64,000 nucleotides of DNA, taken from NCBI GenBank assembly GCA_951406725.2, contig OX597815.1:65100001-65164000 (forward strand). The letters run 5' to 3'. The translations under genes were made by a program, and so were the position numbers. The first letter of the stretch is position 1; each line of letters starts with the position of its first letter. The stretch comes from Octopus vulgaris. Lineage: Eukaryota. The notes below the pieces were generated by a model. It saw nothing but the letters and a program-made list of their open reading frames with translations, searched no databases and was not told the origin of the DNA. Positions 1 through 12,659 of the stretch are shown here, piece after piece.

Positions 1-277
1 GTTCTGTGAAAGCAAGCCTGGGCTATTGGTTGTTTGGTAGATGGTGGACAGGAGATTACCTTAAAAATAATTCAAGACTGGTACTGAAAGGGGCATCTAG
101 CCATAGAAAATTTTACCTCGCTAAAGTCTCAAACATGGCAAATGTTAGAATGATAATACTACTCTGTGTGAGTGTGTGTGCGAGCACATTTGTGTATAGC
201 TGCACTTAGATCCATTACACACACACACAACTGTATTATGTGTTAAACATTTAAAGAGGCAATCATATATAGATATA

Positions 278-1079
278 AAGGGTGTTTGGACTAAATGATG
301 ATTTTTTTTTTCTAATTTCTCTTTTTTTCAGGAACAGCTTCATGCACTGGTGAGCAGTCAACAGCATGGGAGAGCATAAAGATTAAGGTTGTAGTTGAGA
401 AAAAAGTTAGCTGACTTGAAGGACTGAAAGCTATCTGAATATTGGAAAAGAGTTACCTGTATCATGCTGATTCATGGCAGGTATCAAAATGCTGACATCA
501 TGACTACTGCTCATTGCTCTGTGAACACTGTAAAGGTGTAAGATGTAACAAGGACAGCTACAATTGAGACTATGAAGCCATGGTCAACAGGAGGGGACAC
601 AGCATGCATTCTAATTATGTCTGCACATCAGGATTCAACTCTGTATCTTTGAACAGGGACTTGACCTCAATGCAGATGGCCAAATGATATTGCTGGAGAC
701 TGTGGTCAATCTCTGGTTGGAGAGGGTTGCTGCTGGAAGCCATATGTGTGGCCTCCTAATTTCCTCAATTGTAATCCATGGATTACTACATGTGGGGCGT
801 AGTTGAGAAAGACACCAATCACTCTACCTGCTACACCAAGATGAAGCTGGTGATCAAGATCAAAGAGGTGCTAAGATTTTCCTAGGGACACACTGAGGAA
901 CACATGTTACATTCTGGAGCTGTCTTGAGACCATGGTGGAAGCTGAGGGTAGCAACTTTGAGTAAACTATTATTTCCCAGCTAGTTGGTAATTTTTTATT
1001 TTTTTAAATACTTTTATTTCTGGATCAGATGTTTTCTTTTTCTTTTATGCAAACTGTCAAATTTAGCCCAAACACTCAG
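278..1079 (+). mobile_element. Decayed, internally deleted Tc1/mariner-superfamily transposon (maT/DD37D-like)
   Basis: TA-flanked imperfect TIRs (aagggtgtttggactaaat ... atttagcccaaacactcag). Around 745-815 a frameshifted WPPN-x-NP-x-DYYMWGVVEK remnant of the WPPNSPDLNPLD motif is visible. Confidence 0.7.
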
Positions 1080-2660
1080 TATATAAAGGACTTCATAAGT
1101 AGTAGATGCAAAGGAGTAGTGGGCATATAAATTCTTTCAAATGCTTAGAGAGTACCCTAAAAAAAAAAATCTTGTCACATAGGAGACCAAATTAGCATTG
1201 GAGGAGACTGTCCAAAAACAACCAGAGTGAGAACAAAATGGAAATAATTAGGAGACAGTCATTATCCCTGCTAACAAAGAAAAAAGTGATTACCTCTCTC
1301 ATTGAAGGACAGATTGTATGATAATAGAATAAAAAGTGTGATGTTGCATGGTTACAAAAACACAGCAGTGAAGGCAAAGGATGCAAGTGTGCAAAGAAAT
1401 TATAAGTATGGTCTGTTAGATGTTTAATGTTTGTGCACATTAAGAAGAGTACAAAATGAGAATGAGAGTAAACAGGGTAAAAGAGGAATCAGATGTGTGA
1501 TAGTATGGAAAAAAATGGATGTAAAAACAAGCAATAAGAAATTGGAGCAGATGTTTCACATGGTTTTCCTAGCCTCAACAATAAAATATTTGAATTATTT
1601 TACAATTGCAACAAACTGACTGGTTTTTCAGATAAGCTGTATACAATAAGTGTCTGTCAAATGATGCTCCTCTAGTAAAAACAATAAAGAAATATCAATT
1701 ACAATAGTTTCTCTTTGAAAGTGATATCATAATACCTCACTACTAAAAATAAAACTATCATATAACCTTAATGAAATGCACATTTGCAAAAGGTAAACAA
1801 AACAGTTTTTTTTTTTAAATTTTAACGAAAAATTGAGAATATTTTTATATCACTTTTCTTAACATTGGAATTCAGATTTTACACATCAGAAGTTTTGGGT
1901 TTTTTTTTTCTTTCTTGTTTTTTTTTTAATGGTTACTTAACACACAATATGGTAAAGCTAGTTCACATTTTAAAATTAGATTAATAGATTAATTTCCTTA
2001 TTCAATGACAGAATGCAATGCATGAGTCAAGATTCTAATGTTAACTACTTAATCAACTATTTAAGGTGTAACAATAAAGATTTGTTTTGGATTAATGCCA
2101 GAGGATCCTTCAGTGCTGATAAAACAAAATAAATAATTGAATGGCTGTTATCAGGAAAGTATAATAGAATGTATAATAAACGTATCATTAAAAAATGCTC
2201 CACTTATTTCATAAATCCAGAGCAACTACAAACTTATTTAATTTTACAATAATATTTTTAGTGAAGCCTTTCTAATGAATTAACAAAAAAATACTTATCT
2301 TTAAATCCTGAAGATATCTTTTTAATTATCAAAAGAAATTTGGTGAATAGGCATAAAATGTTATTTTACACTATGTAAAGCAAATTACATAATCCTTTCT
2401 CCCCCCTCCCCCCATTATTTATTCTGCATAGTTTTTATTCCAATAACAAAATACTAGATTCATATTTAAAATGTTTGTTGGGTCAAAACTTTAAATTAGG
2501 CACTAGTTTTTCTTTAACTTCTGAAAGATAAAACATCAATTGTAATATGATTTGGCAGATTACTAGAAATGAATGAAGTTGTGCACATGATAGTAACACT
2601 CATTTACAACTACCATACAAGAAGTGTCATGCATGCATACCTAGACACACACATACTAGG

Positions 2661-2818
2661 AACCTCTTTCAGTTTTTGTCAACCAAATCCACTCGCAAGG
2701 TTTTGGTCAGTTCAGGGCTATAGTAGAAGACACGTGTCCAGGGTGTAATGCAGTGGGACTGAATATGAAACCATATGGTTGGGAAGCAAACTTCTTAACC
2801 ATACAATCATGCCTGTGC
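2661..2818 (-). mobile_element. tRNA-derived SINE head (most common family in this window)
   Basis: Reverse complement matches the ggctgtgtggttaagaag...ggttcagtcccactgc...gtgtcttctactatagc head seen at 3998, 13534, 15140, 17502 and 62420. Confidence 0.75.
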
Positions 2819-3377
2819 CCCAGTCACAAGTTTTGAAAAGAAGATTCTAAATAATTGTTTTTAATTTAGGCACAAATGCCAGCAATTTTGAGAGGCAGGC
2901 TTAGGTGATATCATCAATCGAAAGACAAACTTGACTATAGCAGGATTCAAACACAGAATGTAAAGTGTCAAAAAAAAAAAAAAAACATCTTTTCCAACAC
3001 TAAACACCAAGGTCTGATATTTTAGAGGGGGAAAAATATCATAGTTGACATTCAGGCTTTTTTCCCCCCAAGAGCATGAGAAGCTGAGTAAAATGGTTTC
3101 ACCTAATGATTGAAACCTCAACAAAATTTTAACCTACTTCTTGCTCTACAAGATTTTTCACATAATGTTAGAGATTCAATATTGGAATAAGAAGGGAAAC
3201 ACTCAAATTGCCCCTTGTGTTTTATTGATAATTATGTTGCCTACTCACAAAAGGCTAAAATCAAGATCAGAACTAGGAGGAACAAAATCAAATACAGCAA
3301 CACCCTATCCGGCATTATGGTGTTCTAACAAAAATCATCACTAGTAGTTTTTGGGTAAGGTAGTGACTAAGTTACCA

Positions 3378-3426
<49 letters not shown>

Positions 3427-3997
3427 TACATACACAGAGCGTTCACAAACTATTATTCAGAATTTCACATAATCATTCATCAGACAGCTGTAGATAATAC
3501 AAACTAGTAAAAGAATTTTATAATTTGTGAATATATATAAGCATTTATGATTCAATGAATAAGTATTTAAATCTGGTTTTAAAAATAATAGTTTTAGTAG
3601 GAGGCAATTGAAGATTGTCCGCAATGGATGGATAGACAGATAGACATTGATGGCTAACACTGTTCATGAAGCAGGCTCTTTGATATAACTGCTTTACACA
3701 ATGTAATAACCTTAATTCACCTGTCTTTGGTTAAGTAAATGACAAACATATTTTACATAAATGATTGGGGGGGGGAGCTTATAGAAGGGTAAGTAATGTA
3801 ACAGAATTCCAATCAAATAAAATCTAGAAAAGAAAAATTTGTTTTTTTAAAGTTGGACGCAAAAAAAAAAGTCAAAAAGAATTCATGTGAGATTTGTTAC
3901 AATAATCTAATAAATATGATTATATTTTCTTATTAAAGATCTTACTTTGAAAATATAAAGTAGTTGCTTGTTTTCTTAATACTGTAATTAGCAGTAT

Positions 3998-4158
3998 GTA
4001 TTGTTGTGTGGTTAAGAAGCTCACTTCCCAACCATGTGATTTTGAGTTCTGTCCCACTGCACAACTCTCCAGTCAAGTGTTTTTTTATTATTGGCCCAGA
4101 CCAATCAAAGCTTTGAGTAGATAAATGGAAAATGAAAGAAGCCTGTTGTGTGTGTGTG
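3998..4158 (+). mobile_element. tRNA-derived SINE head, degenerate
   Basis: gtgtggttaagaagctcacttcccaacc...gagttctgtcccactgc, with A/B-box-like motifs; same family as 2661. Confidence 0.7.
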
Positions 4159-5059
4159 GATATTAAACAATGGTGATGATGATGTAACTCAGTGTCAATT
4201 TTTCATTAACATTTGTCACTATAGCGCAAATTTTTATGCTTGCATGAATGAATAACTCTGCAATAGGTTGTTTGCAAAGTCAACAAATGCACAACAGAAA
4301 GAGCCAATCTCAATTGTTACGTCAGAAATACAGAATTTTTATTTTCCCATTCCAGTTTCTATCTAAGTATTTATAGCCAACAATTCAACTCTAATCTACA
4401 CTAACTTCATAAAGATTATTTACCACCTTCAGAAGTTCCCATTTAATTAGCTGAGCACCTTGTCATATTAAAGTAGTCATTAAAAGTAAAACTTTTCCCT
4501 CTCTCTCTCTCTCCCCATCATTCCCAACAATCTGACCACCACGACAGTAACTATTCAAAGGTTTTCTAACTTCCCTTACATAGCTGCATTATCCAATATT
4601 AACTGAATTCCATCCTCTCAATATTTTAGAGGGTTTACCAATATTCTATCAGTTTAACCTTTTTATACAAAGGCTCTAATATCTACTTCTTTATTACTTC
4701 TTTTTCTTTTCACTTTTCCCCACAAATAAGTATTTAGCAAGTATTTAGGATTTCAAGTATAGTTAATGGAAACTACTATAAAAGAATAAAAAAAAGACAT
4801 AAAGGTACATTATATATTGCAGAGATCTTATTACAGTGTAGTGAAAAATACATGTGTAAAATATATAAACACTTTTACTTCACTATTTTATTTCTTCCCA
4901 GCTCCACCCACATCACTCCACTCTGATTTTAAAGGTGAGTAGTCATGCAGCTCCTTTACAATAAGAAAACTATTCTGCTCTGGCCCCTTCTTTCATACTT
5001 TAATCCCTCATCTTCAAGCATAAGACCAGGGATCAGCATTGCAAGTTGTATAGCAGTCT

Positions 5060-5250
5060 CACAAGTGCTGATGGCACAAAAAAAAGAACCCAGGACATTC
5101 TTTAAATTGATTGGCATTAGGAAGTACACACAGCAGTAGGAACTACACCACAGACAGTGGATCCTAATGCAGTCCATTGGCCAGTCAGATCCTGCGAAAC
5201 TGTCCAATCCAAGACAGTATGGAGCATGGATATTAAATGAAGATCATGAA
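5060..5250 (+). mobile_element. Old RTE-type 3' tail fragment
   Basis: Degenerate match to the ttggcattaggaagggcatccagc...gcatggaaagcggacgttaaatgatg module seen at 20620-20756 and 27760-27920. Confidence 0.5.
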
Positions 5251-5443
5251 GAAAATAAATCTTTATTTACATATTGTTACATATTTTTCTTGGCACTACA
5301 ACAGAAACTTCTAATTTATTCTTTTTATAAAGGGCTTTCAACATTCATTTTAACAAAATAGAGATTTTCCCATTATCTAAGACCATTTCACACCATATCA
5401 AACCTCAGATGCTGAGGTATGTTCATATATATACGTTATATAT

Positions 5444-6254
5444 AACTGGGTATTAGTATTTTTGGTCGATAACTGAAGAAGAATTAGGACCCTTGTGTCT
5501 GTCCTACATGGACGTTTTGTAGTATTTACTGCATTTTTCATTTATGGAATGACTGAACACCACACCTCCCGACTTTTGTTAACAGTAAATTAGTATATAT
5601 TTTTTGCAAATCTTTCTGTCTTTTTTTCTCTTTTATCCTAATATTCCTTTTCTAGCATCCCTACTTCCTCTCTCCCTTTCTCTTCTCTCACAATTGTAGA
5701 CTTTCTCCCTTCCTTCCCCTGTTCTCTCTCTCTCTTTCTCTCAGCCACTCTCTCTCATCCTCCTTTCCTTCTGTCAGCTGCTCACACATGACCCTTGAGT
5801 GATTTTCTATTTTTTGCCTTTTTGCCACCAGAGACACCTAGCATGCTGGTCAGCTTTTTCTCCTTTCTAACTAATTCTTTTTTTTTTATATCCATTTGAG
5901 GATTTCTTCCAGGTGTTAACCTTCATTCTTGTGTTTGGTCAAAAGGCTTTATTTATTTTCTTCATCTATCATTTCAAATTACATGTTTACTTTCGTACGT
6001 CCACCCTGAATTGTTTTGTTTGCTCAAGCCCTAATTCTACGCAAATCTTGTGGGTGCCACCAATATATGAATTTCCCAGTCTTATCGTTAAAGGCACAAA
6101 ACTGGGTATTCGTATTTTTGGTCAATAACTGAGGAAGAATTAGGGTCCTTCTGTCTGTCCTATGTGTACATTTTTTAGTATTTAATGCATCTTTCATTTA
6201 TGGAATAACTTAATGCCACACATTCCAACTTTTGTTAACAGTAAGTTTATATAT
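5444..6254 (+). mobile_element. Non-coding Penelope-like/retrozyme-like element with ~150-bp direct terminal repeats, inserted in TA-rich sequence
   Basis: Direct repeats at 5444-5598 and 6100-6254, pyrimidine-rich interior, TA runs at both ends, hammerhead-like motif overlapping the right repeat. Confidence 0.65.
6029..6145 (+). ncRNA. Rearranged (non-circularly permuted) hammerhead-ribozyme-like motif, copy 1 (CpG-decayed)
   Basis: cccagt-C (GUC site, C6081) pairs with A-ctggg 6101-6106. ttatcg 6082-6087 pairs with c(g)ataa 6123-6128, which is intact cgataa in the left repeat. Core CTGAGGA at 6129-6135 (CTGAAGA at 5473). G12 of GAAA is A at 6098. Extra helices: 6029-6038/6136-6145, 6054-6058/6093-6097, 6059-6072/6108-6122. 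Confidence 0.6.
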
Positions 6255-6320
6255 GAAAATAGGAAGAAAAGCATAAAAATAACATATCTAAAATTTATCA
6301 GGTTAACTAAAATATTTTTA

Positions 6321-6622
6321 ATCATTATCATCATTTAGCGTCCGCTTTCCATGCTAGCATGGGTTGGACGGTTCAACTGGGGTCTGGGAGGCCAGAAGGC
6401 TGCACCGGGCCCAGTCTGATCTGGCAATGTTTCTACGGCTAGATGCCCTTCCTAACGCCAACCACTCTGTGAGTGTAGTGGGTGCTTTTTACGTGCCACC
6501 GGCACAGGTGCTAGATGGGGCTGGCAAACAGCCACGGTCGGATGGTGCTTTTTACGTGCCACTGGCACGGGGGCCAGGCGAGGCTGGCAATGGCCACAAT
6601 CGGATGGTGCTTTTTACGTGCC
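6321..6622 (-). mobile_element. RTE LINE 3' module with (ATG)n tail and ~60-bp internal repeats
   Basis: Close match to 57698-57900 and 43335-43757: catcatttagcgtccgctttccatgctagcatgggttggacgg... Confidence 0.8.
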
Positions 6623-7979
6623 TATGAATATTGAAATCTTTTTCTTATAAAACAAACATGCCATATATTTTTATTATTTCTTGTAAGATTTCAAAAACAA
6701 ACTATTAGTTGTATTTTCCATTCAGATCATTACAATTCCCAACCAAGAGTCAACTGATGTCCTGTACCATACAAAATTTGCTGCAAAGTTTTGAATATAG
6801 TATCATGCATACTTCTGCAAAGGTGTGGAAAAATTCAAGTTCATTTATAACAAATTTAAGCACTAAATTAAAAAGGCATTTTTTCTGGGTTGGGACAAAT
6901 ATTACTCATCTCTAGAAAACAATTGTAGTACTAACCTGCTATTACTTAACAATGAATCACAAGCTATGAAAATAAGTTTTTCACAATACCAACATAGTTG
7001 TTCTATCTTTAACTACATCTAGAAAACTTCAGTTCTCTTCCCAACTAAAACTGTCAATTCAAACTAATAATGATAAAAAAATATTTTCATTGTATTTTAA
7101 ATCTAAAATTTTAAGGATGCCAACTCTTTCCTAGTTATTGTCTATTCTACGAGATATTTGACAAGTACACTAACAATTAGTTATTACTTTTAGACTATTT
7201 TACTCAGTCAGTAAATAAATTTATATACTCTTCACTTCAATTTACTAGCATCAAATAAAAAAAAAAGCCTGCTCAAAAAGCTATATTCTAATAAATTTCC
7301 TTTATTAAAAGCAATCTGCCTATTTTTTAGCCAGTGAATCACAAAATACTATTTAATAATTATATTAAAGACTATATTACTTTACAAATTATCAAGTACT
7401 AAGTGAAACAACAACCATTTCTTTCCACACTAAATACACAGTATCTGATTGATATGGAAATTACTGGTATAGATATTAAAAGCCTCAGCTGGATAAATAT
7501 TCCATTGAGTGGAATAGTGAACCCCAGAAAGTGCTAAAATATTTAAGCAGCATGGCATATAGTCCTAAAAGTAACAACAAAATATCTAGACTAGTGTCCT
7601 ATTGTAACAACTAAGTCTATTTTACATACAGTTATACAGGTACTAATATTTTTATCTCCTGCTATAGTACAGTATACTGTTATCTACATGTTAATAAGTA
7701 ATCCAGGTGTAAATGAAAGACTATTTGAAAATAACCTCATTAACAGTATTGTATGTAAAGTTCCAGTTCAGTTATGTGTACTTTAAGGTTCTACCTTTAG
7801 TTTCTTATATCTGAATTATATAAAAACTTAACATGGAAATTTGACAAATCCTTTATGCAAATATTTTGGTGAACTGGATTCAAAAACATTTATGATGTTC
7901 TAGAGAATTATGAAAGCAGTAAAAAGAACTTCAACTCAAATTACAACCAACAAATTTGTACTACAAAATAAAAACAATG

Positions 7980-10965
7980 TTAGTATGTTAGTTAGTTAGT
8001 TAGTTAATTTGGCTCAAAAGCAAATAGCAAGGCCATGTAGGGGGACATGGAGTTAAGTACAGGGTGGTGTTCATGTAAAGAGTTCAGGCCACTTGAGGTC
8101 CAGGGAGGCTTTGAACAAAGCGGTCGTCGGCATCTTCACCATCTCGTCTGGCAGCTTGTTCCATGGATCCGCAACCCGGACGGAGAAAGCTCCTCTCCTT
8201 CGATTGAGATGAAATCGTCGCAGGTAGAGCTTTTCGGAATGACCCCGCAGCCGACGCTCCGGAGCAGGAGTGAAGAACAGCTCTTTCGAGAGGTTACACT
8301 TCTTGCTTATGATGTTGTGGGCAAGAATGAGATCACCACGGCGGCGGTGTTTTTCAAGAGAATAAAGGTCGAGCGTCCTCAGCCTTTCTTCGTAGGACAA
8401 ATTTTTGAGACCATGAACCAGGCAGGTAACCAGCCTCTGGACTCTTTCGAGGTGCTGTATGTCTTTGAGGAGATAAGGAGAAGAGGCTTGAATCCCATAC
8501 TCCAATATGGGTCTCACCAGCGTGACATAGAGTGGCAGGAATATGGCTGCTGTGAGCATTCCGAATGACCGTCGAATCAAAAACAGAATTCCGCGCGCTT
8601 TGTTGGCAGCATGGACGCACTGGGCCGAAGGCGAAAAGGAGGAATCCACCAAGATACCCAGGTCCTTTACCTGATCGGTCCTCTCCAGCAGCAGACGACC
8701 CGGCTCGAAATCAAGTTGAGTTGCAGGAGTAGAGCCGACAGGCAGATGACAGCACTTTGACACGTTCAGACACAGGTCCCAATCGTTAGACCACTTCCAA
8801 ATTTGGTGGAGGCATCGACGAAGATCCTCTATACTACCGCGAGGAGCGACCAGTTTGATATCGTCGGCAAATAGAAGGGTGTGTTGCGTGAGGTCATCGG
8901 GCAAGTCATTTATGAAGACTAAGAACAACAAGGGCCCAAGCACTGAACCTTGAGGCACGCCACTGCTCGCACTGGAGACGTCGGACCGCGAACCATTAAC
9001 TTGAACTTGGAAGGAGCGATCTGAGAGGAAGGCACCAACCCATCGTACAATGTCCGGATGGAAACTATATGCCTGAAGCTTGACAAGTAGTAGGCGGTGG
9101 TTTACCGAGTCAAAAGCTTTGGCAAAGTCCAATAAAACGATGTCAACAGCATCACTATCATCGAGGATGCGCGTCACCAATTCTTCCATTACTAGTAAGT
9201 TGGTCAAGCATGATCTCTTCGGCACGAAGCCGTGTTGGGAATCAGTGATCGAGGCTGTGCTTAGGAGGTGGAGCATCATACTTTTCTTAAGGATGGTTTC
9301 GAACATCTTGCTGATTATTGATGTAAGGGAAACCGGTCGGTAGTTAAGCGGGTCTTCGCGGCTCCCTTTCTTGAAAATTGGGCAGATTATCGCTGTTCTC
9401 CAGTCTGCAGGTATAACACCCGTCGCCAATGACATATTGAATAGTCGTGTTAAGGGCTCGCAGATGACCGGAGCCAACGCTTTGATAACCCGTGGGTGTA
9501 TGCCGTCAGGGTCGTGACCCTTGTTGACATCGAGGCCTTGAATAACACGTTTGACTTGGTCCCGCGTGATGATCAATCGAAGCATTGGAGGTACCGATCT
9601 ATCAAATGGAGGGGGTTCACGACCATCATCTTGTTTGAAAATAGTTGAAAAAGCCTCGGCAAATAATTGACTCTGTTGATAAGGGTCCTCAATCGATACG
9701 CCTGTTGAGTCTACCAATGTTGCAATCTGGTTGTTCAAGCGGGAATTCCGCTGGACATGGGCAAAGAAGGTTTTTGGATTGCTACTGGCATTTGCCGCGA
9801 TTTTGTGTTCATAACTGAAGCGTTCTTTTTTTTCAATTTTCACGGCTCGGTCTCGTTGAATTTTGTACACCTCAAAAGCTGCAGTCGAATCCAGATTTTT
9901 GAATTCAGCCCAAGCAATATCTCTGAGTCGACGTTCTCGTTTAACCTTCTTCGTCACCCAGGGCTTGTGTTTCTTCCTCTTGGGAAGTCCAACGGGAACT
10001 GCCTGGTCAGTCAAACAGATTACATATGCTTTGAGGGATGACCATAGTTCGTCAACTGAGGACAACGTCATCAGGGAACGCCAGTCCAGAAGCGCGGAAG
10101 CCTCGGTTAGAATTTCAAGATTAATTGCAGAGAAGACTCTACGTGGCAGCGAAGTAATCGTGGGCGTGGAAAAAGTTGTGTGCATGACGAACTTCAGGAC
10201 CGCATGATCACTCTTGGCAAGAGGGGCGCACACAGATACGTCTGTCACTGATCTTGGATAGCGGGAGAATACCAGATCTAGCATAGATGGCTGCTGCCCA
10301 GACCGATGCCTTGTCGGATATTCAACATGTTGCGATAGAAAACAATCTTCAGCCACGTCAAGAAGGGCCTGGCCGAACCGGGAAGATGTTGTACAAATTG
10401 ATGCGGGCCAATCGATCGTGGGAGCGTTGAAGTCGCCTAGTACCAAGCAGTCATGCAAAGCTGAAACGAATCTTATCGCCTCGAGTAGATGAGCATCGTC
10501 CTGGGGGTCGGCTAGAGGCAGCCTGTAGACAGCCAACACGGGCAGGCAAAACTCAGATAGGCTCAGCTTGCAATAGACGGCATCGAATTTGGTTGTAGGT
10601 TGAGCATTTGTGGGTAGAATACCGCAGGACGGTTTGTGCTCAGACTTAACATACACAGCAACACCTCCACCTCGCCTTTTTCCTCTGTCACATCTGAAAA
10701 GGACGTAGCCCTGCAGGTGGATCTCTAAGTCCTTTACTGCTGGAGTCAGCCAAGTCTCGGTGATAGCTATCACATCAGGGGAGTCGCGTAGGGCCAGTGT
10801 AAATAGTTCACTGAACTTTGGGAATAAGGAGCACGAGTTGGTGTAGACGATGCTGAGCTGTGAAGTCTGAGGGGCGGGAGTTGGGGAACAAGCAGAATAA
10901 AGGGCATCAGAGATAGCATCGTTGACGGGGGTATCAACTATCAAGCTGCTGATGGGGGGGGGGGG
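7980..10965 (-). mobile_element. CR1-group non-LTR retrotransposon, 5'-truncated just upstream of ORF2, with (TAAC)n tail
   Basis: Intact APE+RT ORF, short 3' UTR containing CATGGCC, (gtta)n at 7980-8006. Visibly more GC- and CpG-rich than the flanks. Confidence 0.92.
8071..10944 (-). CDS. LINE ORF2: AP endonuclease + reverse transcriptase (957 aa)
   Basis: APE motifs ITETWL, GGGVAVY, GDFN, LDL, SDH. RT motifs [43 protein letters not shown]. No stop codons; true start uncertain. Confidence 0.93.
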   Translation of the reverse strand: MIVDTPVNDAISDALYSACSPTPAPQTSQLSIVYTNSCSLFPKFSELFTLALRDSPDVIAITETWLTPAVKDLEIHLQGYVLFRCDRGKRRGGGVAVYVKSEHKPSCGILPTNAQPTTKFDAVYCKLSLSEFCLPVLAVYRLPLADPQDDAHLLEAIRFVSALHDCLVLGDFNAPTIDWPASICTTSSRFGQALLDVAEDCFLSQHVEYPTRHRSGQQPSMLDLVFSRYPRSVTDVSVCAPLAKSDHAVLKFVMHTTFSTPTITSLPRRVFSAINLEILTEASALLDWRSLMTLSSVDELWSSLKAYVICLTDQAVPVGLPKRKKHKPWVTKKVKRERRLRDIAWAEFKNLDSTAAFEVYKIQRDRAVKIEKKERFSYEHKIAANASSNPKTFFAHVQRNSRLNNQIATLVDSTGVSIEDPYQQSQLFAEAFSTIFKQDDGREPPPFDRSVPPMLRLIITRDQVKRVIQGLDVNKGHDPDGIHPRVIKALAPVICEPLTRLFNMSLATGVIPADWRTAIICPIFKKGSREDPLNYRPVSLTSIISKMFETILKKSMMLHLLSTASITDSQHGFVPKRSCLTNLLVMEELVTRILDDSDAVDIVLLDFAKAFDSVNHRLLLVKLQAYSFHPDIVRWVGAFLSDRSFQVQVNGSRSDVSSASSGVPQGSVLGPLLFLVFINDLPDDLTQHTLLFADDIKLVAPRGSIEDLRRCLHQIWKWSNDWDLCLNVSKCCHLPVGSTPATQLDFEPGRLLLERTDQVKDLGILVDSSFSPSAQCVHAANKARGILFLIRRSFGMLTAAIFLPLYVTLVRPILEYGIQASSPYLLKDIQHLERVQRLVTCLVHGLKNLSYEERLRTLDLYSLEKHRRRGDLILAHNIISKKCNLSKELFFTPAPERRLRGHSEKLYLRRFHLNRRRGAFSVRVADPWNKLPDEMVKMPTTALFKASLDLKWPELFT

Positions 10966-10989
10966 TATCCATGCTTCAAACTACCTTCA

Positions 10990-11950
10990 ACCTACCATTG
11001 ATACAATCCATCATCACATCTAAATTATTAACCACAACTCTGCAAAAATCCCAGCTGCATTCCTTTCTCTACCTCACCTTCTATTCTACCCTCTCCAATA
11101 TGCCATTCACAATTTCCATTTTCTCAAATCCAACCTGATTATGCTCACTCTTTTAGACAATCTCAACCTATGTAACCTCTTTCCACACCCAACATGGATT
11201 ATCTATTTAATTCTACTGCAGAACCTATTCTTTGAATCTCTTACATAATCTTAGGTCTTCTTTACAAGTTAAGGGCACTTTCACTTGTACCTCCAGTAAT
11301 GTAAATTATTGCATAAAATACCAGCTCTGCATTGTTGAAGCATATGAATTAATCAGATGCAGATTAGTATGTGCAACATAACAGCCCTGAATATCTGAAA
11401 CCTATTGCATACATTCCAATTCTACTGACCATTCCTACTATGACCTTTCAGGCTGGACTTCAACACCAAAGTTCATCACCCATTGGATACCCTCATAAAT
11501 AACTACTGAACTTACATTTGAAGACATTCTCTCCCATTGAAATCAACAATCAATTATTTTACTTCAAACTCCGACTCCTTTCACTTTGCCCCCCCCCCCC
11601 CACACACACACATACCATTTGACTCTTACACTCACCTACTTATAGCATACTAACATCCTCACATATACTTGCTAACACCTACTTGTAGTTCTCTCTCTCT
11701 TTCTCTCTCCTTTTGCACGAGACCAACATTCTGCTCATCATCCATCTCTCCAACAAGAAACCATGCACTCACTCAGGTATACCTTATCATCATCATCACT
11801 TACAGAAACAACCCTCTCTTAAATTCTCTTTTTCTAGGTTCAAAAATGTTCATAAAATGCTTCAAATGTCCTCATATTTTCAAATGTTCATAAAATTCCC
11901 CATTTCCAAACGGTTTATTACACTGTGTTTTCTTTATTTTTTCATATAAT
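10990..11950 (+). pseudogene. Decayed Penelope-like element (GIY-YIG endonuclease remnant)
   Basis: About 11274-11330 translates GTFTCTSSNVNYCIKYQLC. Downstream are frameshifted PIA..H.NSTDHS and LKTFSPIEIN remnants typical of the PLE GIY-YIG C-terminus. Confidence 0.65.
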
Positions 11951-12358
11951 TTTACTCCATTGGCTAATTTTTGCTGATAGAGACACGAGTGGATTCCCAG
12001 AATCTGAATTTCATTAAGATCCTAGAACTAATTACCAACACGAGCCTTCACTTCAGTAGCAGAGAAGGAATAGAAGGGCCCAGTGAAAAGAAATAGAAAA
12101 TCAATATCAGTGCCATAAGACAAAATGTGAAATTATAAACAGTTACATACTTGATAAGGAAACAATCCTGAAATCTATGGTTCACTCTGAGTATTTGTAT
12201 AACAGATTTGTATAACAGATAAGTTATGAAGGTATGTTAAGATAGAGACAGTTTAAAGATATAGATATTGGCAAGAGAGTCACCAACAGCAAATGAAGTT
12301 GTTGGAAGTTTGAAGAAATGCCAGCTAAAAGAAGTTCTGAACAAAAGATGAATTAAAT

Positions 12359-12659
12359 CAAGGGTTGGTAAACTTTTTATATTACTGTCATTTTTGTGGA
12401 ATTATTGGAAACTTATCAAGCCCTAATCATGTAAATTTTTTTTAAATAAAATTGAAAATAATAAAATTTCTTGATTTAAAAACATAGTTCTTTCATTCTT
12501 GAGTCATTACCACTTTTTAATAGGAAATATTTGAAGAAATTTGATGAAAATACTTAACGAAATTGATAAATATTTCATCATATTGATGTAGTTGAAATAC
12601 CAGCCCCCTTGGATAGTCACATAGACTCCCCCATGGATCAGCACTTTTGCCAATCCCTG
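12359..12659. mobile_element. hAT MITE
   Basis: TIRs caagggttggtaaa / tttgccaatccctg and a perfect 8-bp TSD AATTAAAT (12351-12358, 12660-12667). Confidence 0.85.

Noticed and set aside
8047-10207. Plus-strand ORFs (173, 114, 94 and 87 aa) overlapping the LINE
   Set aside because: Antisense shadows of ORF2 with no recognisable motifs.
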